The position numbers and the translations under genes were made by a program. DNA of 63,659 nucleotides, filler included, from Folioceros fuciformis (taxonomy: Eukaryota): assembly GCA_049999805.1 (NCBI GenBank). It is 6 parts of 6 records of this genome, joined end to end, with 100 filler letters (N's around TTAATTAATTAA, not from the genome) between each part and the next. Parts side by side here need not be neighbours in the genome. Positions count along the whole stretch, not along the records: positions 1 to 7,367 come from JBNGIO010004116.1; positions 7,468 to 15,897 come from JBNGIO010004117.1; 4 more parts are not named here. One strand, written 5' to 3'. Positions 1 through 11,064 of the stretch are shown one piece after another. How positions within the stretch are numbered: the first letter of the stretch is position 1; each line of letters starts with the position of its first letter. The notes beneath the pieces were generated by a model. The model had not been told where the DNA came from and did not search any database. It saw only the letters and a program-made list of their open reading frames with translations.

Positions 1-555
1 TTCCAGGAGTGGGCGGATGGGAACATGCTGGACGCTGTAATGGGACAAATTCTAGGTTGGAACTCTCATCCTTCTCACCTGAATTTGGATTTGCAGTGCA
101 GGATGGCACAAGTCCTGTTTGCCTTACCGTGGCGCCGTTGCCTCAGTGTTCAGGTCCAATCCACGCTCCAACAGTACCGTCGTTGTCTTCCCAACCAGTG
201 ACCAGGGCGTGATAGCACAAAACGTATGCCAGGCTGTGGTAGGGGCCCCCCGTGGGGGCCCACCATTTCACGACTCAAGTGAGCCTCGTGTTGCTCAAGG
301 CTGGGGTCACGTACTGGTTTCTCAGGGAATGCAGAGGACTGTGAGGCTGGGATGGCCTTCAACGTCACTGTAGGGAGTCCGGGACCAGGCCCTGTGCCTG
401 ACGTCGGACAGAGGGAAGTTGGCGTGGCGTACAACGTCGAGTATTTGGATTCCAGTGGGGTGGAGGTTTCTGGCTTCGGCCCTCTGATAGAACACCAGCC
501 TACCTCGGCTGCAAATGCAACGAGCTTTTTCGAAGGAGATGTTTTCAGTAAGTAA
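1..555 (+). pseudogene. Possible degenerate phytocyanin/cupredoxin-like (ENODL-type) coding fragment
   Basis: Pieces in three frames read FQEWA...VFRSNPRSNSTVVV...VCQA / VSLVLLKAGVTYWF / SGNAEDCEAGMAFNVTVGSPGPGPVP. This resembles the phytocyanin C-terminal motif VxLxxxGxxYFISGxxxHCxxGMKLxVxV followed by a Pro-rich linker. Joining the pieces needs frameshifts near 260 and 321. Confidence 0.3.
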
Positions 556-1554
556 ACTTGCCTTCAACAAGCTTCAGCTCTTGCCGGGGGCCGGAATAAC
601 TTGACGTGAATCATGGTTGATTCTGCACTGCAGATATCGCGTTCTTTCAGCACAACACGCTGTTTGTGAACAGGAAATCGGGGGGTGAGGCCTCCTGTCA
701 CAATTTTACAGCGCAGATCTATTTGGGCGGTGTACCCCCCTCAGAATTCCTCCAATTTGCTGTACATGAGTACCGTCATTGGTCATCACGACCAGTACTC
801 GGCCTTCGTGTCTACCACTGACAACTGCGATCAAGGCGTCAAAATACTAGACATCTCCGTCCACACAGCAACTTCCTCAGATCAGAGCTGTTGAAACCCA
901 GGTGGGAGCATACTTTACCTGTTTTTCACCACCACGCTTACAAGTGACACTCTCTCAATGGGCGCAGATACTTGTTTCGAGAATCCGGGGCCGCCGTACA
1001 TCTGCTCCCCAGTGCCGTCACACGCAACCAGATTAACCGCAATTCCAGGTTTGGTTGCCACTGTCTTCCAGTACATTATAGAAACATGCATATTTCTTTG
1101 AACATTCTGTTCCGTGAAGAAACGGGTGGTGGCTCGCAGGCTACAAGCTCGTCCTCGGCTTGTCCTTTCTCTTCGCTGCACAGTTGTTAGTGGTGTGAAC
1201 ATGAGTAGCACGGCTGGAGGACGACATTTTTTTTAGTATAATATTTTGATAAATAAAAAACTCCGGGGGAGAAATGATCGAGCAATACATCGTACCATCC
1301 CAGAATGCTCTTCCCCAGATGATGCGTCTGAATCGTTTCTAGATAGTATGGGACTTGGGAAGATTGCTCACCCACCATAACTTCCCTCCCCCTTAGGTTT
1401 GCCGGAGGCACGAAATGATTAGACGTAAAAGTTTGCATATTTCGTTGTGGTGTGTAGTTAATTTTCAGATCGTGTTACAATACAGCTTTTCCAGTTTGGG
1501 GTGGATGCAATTTCGTCTCTTTTTCGCATTGCACTTTTTTGCACACCGCCACAT

Positions 1555-1845
1555 GTGAGCTGGACGGTAATTTTACACAAAGCTCTTCCCTTTTCCAGAT
1601 ACCTCGCGAATCAGACACTCCCACNNNNNNNNNNCAAAGCTCTTCCCTTTTCCAGATACCTCGCGAATCAGACACTCCCACAACTTGGACTCTAGTTCAA
1701 TTGAGCTGCATGGTGATTTTACCCAAAGCTCTTCCCTCTGCAGATACCTAGCGCATCTGAAAATCCCACAACTTGGGCTCTACTTCAATCGAGCTGGATG
1801 GTGATTTTACCCAACGCTCTTCCCTTCTGCAAGTAGCTGAAAGCC
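1555..1845 (-). repeat. Tandem degenerate copies (~88-nt period) of the last ~17 codons of the oxidoreductase gene
   Basis: The motif gagctg..ggt.attttac.caa.gctcttccc recurs at ~1557, ~1635 (partial, after a 10-N gap), ~1703 and ~1791; the last copy is the real gene end. Confidence 0.85.
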
Positions 1846-3074
1846 TTGAGGACATCAGTGAACTTGTATGGCGAGGTTGGGTCCAGGACGGGCTTCACTG
1901 TTCCGCTTTCATAGTATGGGTTCAACCTGGTCAAGTTCGCTCCAGAAGGAACGAGGCTGAAGGACTGGAAGTTTGGTGCCAGATTTTGGAACTCGGCTAT
2001 TGCAACACCAACTCCTCCCTCTTTAAGAACCTGTGCGCCTTTGGCTGACTCTCCTGCAGATGTGGAAGTCCCGGTGACACACATCAAAATACGCAACAGC
2101 CGACTGTGCAGACTCTCAGGGTTCCTTCACAAGGCGAGCAGACCTAAGCTCATCAGAAGGTTATGTTTTCGAACTCACCAATGGTATCGAACACTAGGTC
2201 GTACTTTTGAGGCAGCTCCCAGTAGTTGCTTTTACTGTAATCGATCCCGACATCTGCACCAAGGCTTTTAATGAAGTCCTGCTTCGTGCTGCTTGCCGTT
2301 GCTGCGATGAGCGAGGCTTTGAACTCATGTTTCGCAAGCTGTAACACCCAAGACAGGAGTGAGAAACAGAAATGCAGGCTCATCCAATGGACACCTGGAT
2401 CAAAACCGGCATCCACAACAGCACCTGGATGGCAACAGAACCCACGCCCCCGGCACCCCCGACAATGAGCACCGACTGCCCAGGCTTGAAATCAGCAACG
2501 TCAAAAGCACTCTGCGCAGTAAGAGCAGCCACAGGCAGGCCCGCAGCCTCCACGAAGCTCAAGTTCTTGGGCTTGAAGGCGACCAGCCTCTCTTCCACCG
2601 CAACATGCTCTGCTAGTGTCCCAAACCTCTTGGGCTTCACAATCGAGCTCTCGTGCACATCGGCATACACCTCGTCACCGTGCTTGAAGCCTTTCACATC
2701 CTTCCCCACCTTCACCACTACCCCCGCCACGTCGTACCCGGGGACGTGCTGCTCGGTCAGGCCAAGAAATACAATACAGACCCTGAATCAGAGAGAGAGT
2801 GCGAAAGCGCCTAAAATGCTCCCACAACGCTACATTCGAATCACATTAGCGTGGTTAGCCAGATTACCGGAACTTCAGAATCAACTGCTGCAAATTGTCC
2901 TCCAGCTCGCGCATAGTCGATTGGGTTCAGACTGGCAGCCTTCACCTTTATCAGCACCTGGTCGTCGGCCACTTTTGGCACCTCGACGTTCTCCTCCAGT
3001 TTGAGCACATCCTGGACGGGGCCATACTTCCGGTAGATCCAAGCTCGGTGAGTGTCGGGAACTTGGTACGCCAT
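1785..3074 (-). CDS. NADPH-dependent quinone/alkenal oxidoreductase (MDR family, 2-methylene-furan-3-one reductase/AOR-like), spliced
   Basis: Exons encode MAYQVPDTHRAWIYRKYG...KVKAASLNPID, HVPGYDVAGVVVKVG, FGTLAEH, AAGLPVAALTA, IVGGAGGVGSVAIQ, SLGADVGIDY and YLQKGRALGKITIQLD*. Introns are GT-AG. Confidence 0.92.
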
Positions 3075-3654
3075 GATTTCGGGTGCTGTCGGTATGCCCT
3101 TTACACACCGCAGTGCTAACGAGCACTCTGTACTGACTCACACCGTTTGGGAGACAGCCACTAGAATTATATACGGGAATGGGCTACTAAAATCCACGAA
3201 ACTTCTTCAGAAGCTTCCTCGCTCCTCCCTGCTTGTGGCCACATCAAACATTTTCGCTTCAGACGGGACCAAGTGCATGCCCCATACGGTTCCGACCTGT
3301 AGACGTGACCAGGTGCATGTAGACGTGACAGAACACGCTGGGTACGCTTCGAGAATTTACGAATAATATGCGAATGATCCATATTTCGGCTGGAGTTGGA
3401 CACTGGAAGATAAGCTGTAGTGCTGGGAGGAGAGAGGATGCTCGAGCAGAAGTACATCACAGGATCGCTGGCTATTTTTGGATCGCCCTGGCCGTACTTA
3501 TTGCCAGCAAACGACGCTGGTCATCTTGCGGACAATATGGGTTATTCTTGATGTTGGAAATGAGAAACGTAGTTGATCCACGGCCCTTGCACATAACCGT
3601 GTACGGTAATTCAGATGCGGGTTCGAGGGCTGTGTGTTACTTCGTAGAGCGACT

Positions 3655-5633
3655 ATGGGTCGAGATTGCGAACTCTGCAAGGACAGGAGAGCTGCTCTTC
3701 GACGGCCCAATACATCGCAGCAGGTGATTTCTGGGTCGGTTTGGAATAATCTGCTCCCCTCCGCAAGGGTCAACAGGTCTGACAAAACACTCTTCACTGC
3801 GGCAGATTTGCCGGGATTGCTTTTACAGTGTGTTTGAAGAGGAGATTCACAGAACGATTGTGGACAATTCCCTCTTCAAGCCGGGGGAACGCGTGGCCAT
3901 AGCTGCCTCGGGTGGTAAAGGTGGGTGCTGGCAAGGTAGAACGTTTTTGTGTTCAGATTTCAGATTCTTACTCATGAAACAACTTGCAGATTCTACTGTG
4001 TTGGCACATGTGCTGACGGAGCTGAACAGGAGGCACAAGTATGGGCTGGATTTGTTCCTCCTTTCTGTTGATGAGGGTATTACAGGTTACAGGGATGACT
4101 CGCTTGAGACTGTGAAACGCAATGAAGTCCAGGTAATTTAGGGCTTTGTCAGCGGCCGTGCTGTGGCTCAGGGTTCAGAGTAGGATGGTGCTTTCGTGTG
4201 ACCGGCCTTCGTCTCCTTGGGTTTGCAGTATGGGATTCCGCTGGAGGTGGTCTCATATAAGCAGCTCTATGGATGGACTATGGATGAGATTGTCAAGGAA
4301 ATAGGTCGGAAAAACAATTGCACTTTTTGCGGAGTATTTCGTCGCCAGGTAACAACTCGTTCGGAGGATGGGCAGGCACTCGTTTGGTGTGATGCCGTTT
4401 CGGCCTGGCCTTTCATGTTGCATCAGCATTTTCTTTCACAGGGGCACTCCTAGCAGCTGTGAGAGTTTGATTGGACTGTTCCTGTGTCCCTAGGCCTTGG
4501 ATAGAGGAGCTGCACTGATGCGGGCCGATAAAATGGCAACAGGTCATAATGCAGATGATATGGCAGAGACAGTGTTGCTCAACATTTTGAGAGGGGATAT
4601 TGCGCGGTACTAAGTGCCGAACTTGCTTCAGCTTCTTCATTTCTGTCAAGGGTGTGACTGGATCTTGTGCTCACAACCTTAGTTTCAGCCCCAGTGACTG
4701 ATGACACCCACAGGCTGCAGAGGTGCACGTATATCACAACTGGAGAAGATGGAGCTCTGCCTCGCTGCAAGCCTTTCAAGTACACGTATGAAAAGGAAAT
4801 CGTCATATATCCTCCTAGTGGGCCATGATGGGTCTTTGTTGAGTCGTCCCCTTTCTGTTCAGTCAGGTCCCCTGTTTCTTTCGTTGCGTGTTGCGCAGTT
4901 CCATGGTATGTTGGGTCTTTAACAGTGGTGCTGCACGTACGCATACTTCAAGAAGCTGGACTACTTCTCTACTGAATGTAAGCCAGCTGCCTAGAAACCC
5001 TCTCCTTCGCTCTGTGGTCTGTGAAGTTGTTGCAGTCAAGCTCAGCTAGTTTGTCAGGGAGGTGGGTTACACGGCTCTTATCTAATGTGTGTGCAGGTAT
5101 CTATTCACCAAATGCCTATCGAGGCTTTGCTCGGGAATTTATTAAGGACCTCGAGCTCGTAAGGTGTGAGTTGAGGTTTGTCAAGTTGTGAATTCAGCCC
5201 CTGGTTGACACGTTGATTATCAGTACAATGACCCGTCTGTGTGGCGAGGATGATCAGACCCAGAGCAATCCTGGACATTATCAGGTCTGCGGAAAGGTTC
5301 CGAATATCTTCCACGGCAAAAATGCCTGAGCAAGGAGTCTGTGAGCGCTGTGGCTACATATCCAGCCAGGTAATTGTTGGCAAAGATTCTTTTGGTTATG
5401 AGTTTTGTCGGAGGGAAGACGGTCACGAGTGACGGGACCTGTGGGGTGATCCACAGAGATTGTGTAAGGCCTGTGTGCTATTAGATGGCCTCAATAAAGG
5501 CGAACCGCGGCTTGGTATCAGCCGAACAAGAGGATCCACGAACGTCACGACTGGAAAGTTGTCACCAGCCGTGGTGAAGAAGTTGGTAGAGGTTAAGTTG
5601 GATAATACCGTCAACACTTATCTGGATTTTTAA
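3655..5633 (+). CDS. CTU1: Cytoplasmic tRNA 2-thiolation protein 1 (Ncs6/ROL5), spliced
   Basis: MGRDCELCK...ICRDCF, PP-loop [75 protein letters not shown] and terminal YLDF*. Confidence 0.96.
4807..4936 (+). other. U12-type AT-AC intron in CTU1
   Basis: 5' site ATATCCTCC, branch site TCTTTAAC at 4916-4923 and 3' AC. Removing it restores EIV-M-YAYFKK. Confidence 0.9.
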
Positions 5634-6308
5634 TTGGCGGGTTTTCGTCTCGGCAGACAACCCTGCCTCCTGTCGTTTTGGTACTGCTCACCAAGACATG
5701 GAAAACGTGTGTATGTAATAATCTTTCTTGATAGATTGTACAAATGTCCTGTTCGCACAGTCCTAATCCGTCCTTGGGAAGGTCGCCACCCCAGAGTTTG
5801 TGGCGTGTACGCGGCCGCACAGTGCAGAGCAACTTCCATCCGTATAACTTACCGCAGAGACAGTAAAACACCTTTCCGGTTCATGTCAAGCTTCGCAAGA
5901 TCAATTCAATGAGTCAGCAACAAAAGTGACGCACACAACATCCAGGTCAAAGGTTGGCTGGCACCTGTACTGTGTGGGCCAAAGTTGACCGTGATGGCTG
6001 CTGGATCTGAAGGCGTGCCTCCAAGACTTGAGTCACGCTACCCATGTGGTGCAGGCAGACACTGCAGCCCAGGCACTTGTGTCGGTTAACCGCTAGGAGG
6101 ACACAAGTACATGTGATACACAGTAAACACAAAACACTGCCATCCCCTGCTGGAAGCAACTCACCACCTAAAGCACTAGTGAATCAATTACATATCATGG
6201 CCTAGGCTACAGCGCATTCAAGGTACAGCTGCTCCCACCGGCCTTCCATGTGACATGCGCCAGCAACGTGGGTGCGGAACTTGGAGTCTGACATCTGCCA
6301 CCCAACTC

Positions 6309-7270
6309 TCAGGTTTCTTGTTCCATTGCAGGGACCTGCCCCGTGTGCTTGCGAATAGCGGTCAGTATTCTATTCTTCTCTCGGGTGGGGAATGCCTCAA
6401 CCAGCTCCCCATTCTTGTAAAAGTGGAACAAAGGTACAGCCTGTCACAGAGGCGCACATAACTGCGTTGGTTCCGACGCATGCCATAAGAAACGGAAACG
6501 ACAACAGCGGCACCATCCCAGGGTTTCAGTCTTCATTCAGATATGACAATCATTCCCGAAGGCAAGCCAAACTTCGCGGAAACACATCCATCATACCCGG
6601 ATTTTGAAACCTGCTGCAACCTCAGACTGCTCCTCGTACTCGTCCACAACCTACAGAGCGCTCCAGTTAGCTTTCCCCTAGAATTCACGTCACTGCAAAA
6701 GTAGGGCACACCTGCCAGGAATGCTACCACTCAGTTTCGAAAGCGGCTTCTCACATTGTGCTTGAGGAAGATGACCGCTGCATCGCCGTTGCCAGCCCCT
6801 TTACAAAGCTTGATGAAGCCCTTCTCAATGTACTTGCAGCTGCCACAAGCTGTCCGAAAGAAGTCCACCACAACTAGGGAATTGTTCAACTTTGAATCTG
6901 CCAGAATCTGTTCAAACTCGCTGCTAGTTTTGAACTCCCTCACACAATCCACAGGACAGGTACCCTCATCGTCGTCATCATCCTGCAACAAGGCCCTCCG
7001 AGCTTCCTCCTCTGCCTTCTGCTTCCTATACTTCGCAGAATCCAGAAGTGCTCTAGGGCTTGATGAGAGACTGTCGCAGTCCCTCATCAAGACCTTGATC
7101 CCTCCATGTTCCATCCTCGCATCCAACCGTGTCCCCATCACTCGATGACTACGACATATTCTGGCAAGAGAAAAAGGTACGGCTTGCCGAAACCTGGGTG
7201 AACACACGGGCGTGTCTGCCTGAACAGATGAGCAACCAAAACCTAAAGCTGCCGAGGATGAGCCTGCCAT
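6309..7270 (-). CDS. Chloroplast thioredoxin-like 4 (atypical CGSC thioredoxin), 3 coding exons
   Basis: Transit-peptide-like N-terminus, then CPVDCVREF, VVVDFFRTACGSCKYIEKGF, FLKHN|VVDEYEEQSEVAAGFKIR|AVPLFHFYKNG...QET*. Confidence 0.88.
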
Positions 7271-7367
7271 GGGCTGCACCTGACGGCTCAGAAGAAACCC
7301 GAATTCAATCTACCGGATCGCCGAGCGCCTCCAACTCACTGCAGCATCGATTGCCTCGCTGCACCTG

Positions 7368-7467
7368 NNNNNNNNNNNNNNNNNNNNNNNNNNNNNNNNN
7401 NNNNNNNNNNNTTAATTAATTAANNNNNNNNNNNNNNNNNNNNNNNNNNNNNNNNNNNNNNNNNNNN
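7368..7467. other. Artificial contig linker N44-TTAATTAATTAA-N44
   Basis: Identical 100-nt spacer with stops in all six frames; the same linker occurs five times in the window. Confidence 0.97.
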
Positions 7468-7575
7468 TGCTTGCCCTAATGATCTCCTCCGTTGCTTGCC
7501 CTAATGATCTCCTCCGGTGCTTGCCCTAATGATCTCCTCCGGTGCTTGCCCTAATAATCTCCTCCGGTGCCTGCC
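7468..7575 (+). repeat. 25-nt tandem repeat (TGCTTGCCCTAATGATCTCCTCCGG), about 4 copies at a contig end
   Basis: Direct reading of the sequence. Confidence 0.9.
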
Positions 7576-7905
7576 CTTGCCGTTGCTTGTAACTTGTGAT
7601 TCGCCCCTTCCCCCAATCACCCTGCTTCGTCCATCTCCCCGTGAGAAAGTGGTTTGGCCCACCCTCCCCTTCAGCAGAGGAGAGGATTATTTCACTTGTA
7701 CTCTCTTTCGGCGTTTGGAGGTGAAGAAAAGTCTCCATGCCAATGCCAGCAACCTCGTGAAATCTGTCCACACCTCCATCACAGGTGAAGGACTTTCTAC
7801 AGGGTCATCAAACGAGGAACCTACTCGTAACATACATCAACCTCGTTAAATCTGTTGGCGAAAGGTTTTGCGTTTCTCTACTACTTCTTGATCAGAAGAT
7901 ACCAA

Positions 7906-9836
7906 CTAGACCATGCATTGGTAAACTAGTAACTTGACAAGTTGGTCATGACGGACTCCTCCATTAGAAGCCAAAACTGAGCCACCGAGAAGTGGTAATG
8001 GCCCACCATCCATCGCTGTTACTCGTCCTCCCGCTTCCTGTGACTTAAGTATTTACGGGATAGAAATGCACGACAGGTAGGACTAAGATCTGAGCAGAGG
8101 CAAATAAGATGCACTCAAACCGACAAGCATTGATGGATACACCTATCTCCACGATCAACCTTGCTGCTGCAATATCCCAAGGCTGCAAAAACAATTGGCC
8201 ACACTGGGGTCATGATTAGTCTGGGAATCCAGGAGGCGAAATCGTAGTACCACAAAGTAATCCTGAACTAAACACAAGCGTTCCTCATGGATTGATATAT
8301 CATCAGCCATGCAGAGCCACCCAGAAAGGCATTTCAACTCGAGGATCCACTTGGTGGGCACAGACCTTCAAGCCATGCTCAAAGAAACAACCCAGTCGAC
8401 CAGCACCTACGTAGCCCATATGAAGAGCCTAACCCCGGGCAACCGTTGTTAGAATCTCAACAACAGTAGGATGGAAGGCTCACTCTCAACTGCTACAGCA
8501 CTCTCTAGGAGCAACATAAGATGATAAGACCACAACTTTTCAGGATGTACTTCAACTCACAGCAGTGCCTAAAGCCCGGACAGACCGAACTTTAAGAGCA
8601 ACTTTAGATATGGCATCCACCATTCGCAACCGAAGTTCTGGCTGCAAACATAGATTAGCAGTATTAGCTGATGAAACCAAAGATCTTCTCATACGTGGAG
8701 CTACCTTTCAAAGCCCAAAAACACCTTAGAGGGGAAGCCCAGTGATACAGTAGCATCTTACAGTGGCGTCTCACGTGTTAATACGGATATGGATTTTCCA
8801 TTGAGGTAAGCACCTATACACGGTCGGACAGCATGAGGAGATCAACACTTCCCTGCCCCATCACAGTGGATTTCGAACTAAACACAATGACCTAGTGCCA
8901 AGGGAGGTTGAGCTGAAAGGTTGAAGAAGATAGAACAGAACTGGGGACGTTACCACAGCCTCTTCGAGCAACAAAGAGTCATTTTGAAAAGAGTTGTACA
9001 CAACTTCAAGCTCGATCTTTCCACGATGTGCCACTCCAATGGACACTACAGACAAGGATACTCCCCCAACCTATAGGCACAAATGGAGGGCAACCAACAA
9101 GAAGGAGCTGTCAAATTAGGAGCGGGAAAAGAGTGTTCATTCCAAGCCGCGCAGCTTTCGTGAGCACTCACAAAATTCAGAGTTCCATCGATAGGATCAA
9201 CAATCCATATCCAATCAGAGCTATCCGTGGTACCGAGAAGCCTCTCCATCTCGACGCGTGTAGCAGTTTCCTCCCCCACGCAAACGTGAGTGGGGAATCG
9301 GGCCTGCGACAGTCCTCATCTTAGAAGCCCTTGCACGGTGATGAACCCTTTGCCATCCAGACTGTACCTGCATCTCAGCTTGTATGACGCGCTCAATGCT
9401 GCGGTCCACCTCAGTAACCAAGTCGTATCTCACGTCCTTGACATCAATCTGAAAGCGTAAGGCTCTGACAGGAGTCAGCGTCAGTTAAACCTGTGTGTCA
9501 AGAAAGCAGCTGCTGCTACCGCTGGATGCGATTCTCATGGGTGCCCAAGAGAAAGACTAACAACATGCCGGGCTCGACCCGACTTGGATCGGATTTGCTC
9601 TCCAGCCTGCGGAACCCGTGACTAGAATCAGCTTTGCACCTTGCAGCAGCAAAGCTTGTGGCAACGAGAGCATGCCGTACCTGAAGTGCTAATCGGAGGG
9701 CAAGATCCTCGATCTCTGCTGCACCTTGCTTTGAGCTGGCAGCCGCAGCACGGGTCCTGACAAGAATCCGCTCACAACGTGAAAGGGGCCAAACAGGAGA
9801 TCCCCTTGCTCCCACAATCGCCGTGGCCAAAGCCAT
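7906..9836 (-). pseudogene. Inositol monophosphatase family (IMPL/SuhB-like, plastid-type presequence) pseudogene retaining introns
   Basis: Motifs DLVTEVD, GEE, WIVDPIDGTLNF, VSIG, VRALGTA-ALHMGYVGAGR, PWDIAAA and EAGG. Lesions: 1-nt frameshift near 8979 (QND/LFVARRGCG), in-frame TAA at 8758-8760 and an apparent GT>AT donor mutation near 8146. Confidence 0.82.
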
Positions 9837-10409
9837 CTCTGCTCGGCCCTGTAACCTGTCTCCGGTCACGTCCACCGGCCCCGACGTCAGTCTCAGTGAA
9901 AGACCTACATACACCTGCGGACACATACATTATATCTCCACGTGGGATGAGCGCAGTTGAGATGCTGAGATTCTGGATAACCGGAACGAAGCTAACAAAA
10001 GCTATGAGAGTGCGTTTAGTCTGTGGGCATGCAAGTACACTTGTGCTCACAGTCTCTCCCGCTGCTTGCGACACAGCGAGAGCCAATCCTCTGGCGCTCC
10101 TCAGCTGGACCCAAGATCGAGGCATGGCTCCGGCTGTTGCATCTCTGCAGCTAATGAGACAGCCAGGCCCAGTTTCCTCATCATCCAGCCAGCCAGGTTC
10201 AGTAACCTCGTCAGCTAGCCAGGCTCACTTCCGTCACCAGGCTGCAGCAAGCTCGCAAGTGCCTGTGCCTCTCGGACTGAGAGCATGTCTATGTCTCTTT
10301 CTACTCCCACTGCTCCTACCCCTACACCTCCTTTCCTTCCCTGGCAAGCCAACGCAGGCGTCGAGGCCGAGTGGTGGCTCAGGTTGAAGCCGATGCCCCC
10401 GGTAGAAGC

Positions 10410-11064
10410 AATGCCAGCATTCTTATCCGGGTGTATTTGTAGCAGCAGTGCCAGCATTCTTATCCGCTTGTATTTCTAGCAGCAGTGCCAGCATTCTTAT
10501 CCGCGTGTATTTGTAGCAGCAGTGCCAGCACTCTTATCCGCGTGTATTTGTAGCAGCAGTGCCAGCATTCTTTTCCGCGTGTATTTGTAGCAGCCGTGCC
10601 AGCATTCTTTTCCGCGTGTATTTGTAGTAGCGGTGCCAGCATTCTTATCCGCGTGTATTTGTAGCAGCGGTGCCAGCATTCTTATCTGCGTATATTTGTA
10701 GCAGCGGTGCCAGCATTCTTTTCCGCGTGTATTTGTAGCAGCCGTGCCAGCATTCTTNNNNNNNNNNNNNNNNNNNNNNNNNNNNNNNNNNNNNNNNNNN
10801 NNNNNNNNNNNNNNNNNNNNNNNNNNNNNNNNNNNNNNNNNNNNNNNNNNNNNNNNNAGTGCCAGCATTCTTATCCGCGTGTATTTGTAGCAGCAGTGCC
10901 AGCATTCTTATCCGCGTGTATTTGTAGCAGCAGTGCCAGCATTCTTATCCGCGTGTATTTGTAGCAGCAGTGCCAGCATTCTTATCCGCGTGTATTTGTA
11001 GCAGCAGTGCCAGCATTCTTATCCGCGTGTATTTGTAGTAGCAGTGCCAGCATTCTTATCCGCG
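10410..11064 (+). repeat. 37-nt minisatellite (GTAGCAGCAGTGCCAGCATTCTTATCCGCGTGTATTT), at least 14 sequenced copies plus an internal N gap
   Basis: Head-to-tail, near-identical units with no unique spacers. Confidence 0.95.

Noticed and set aside
7368-7467. Recurring TTAATTAATTAA between N runs (five places) as a biological motif
   Set aside because: It is a fixed 100-nt six-frame-stop assembly linker. Genes on either side are not neighbours, so no cross-contig cluster can be inferred.
10410-11064. 37-nt repeat as a CRISPR array
   Set aside because: Units are head-to-tail with no unique spacers, there are no cas genes, and the context is eukaryotic.
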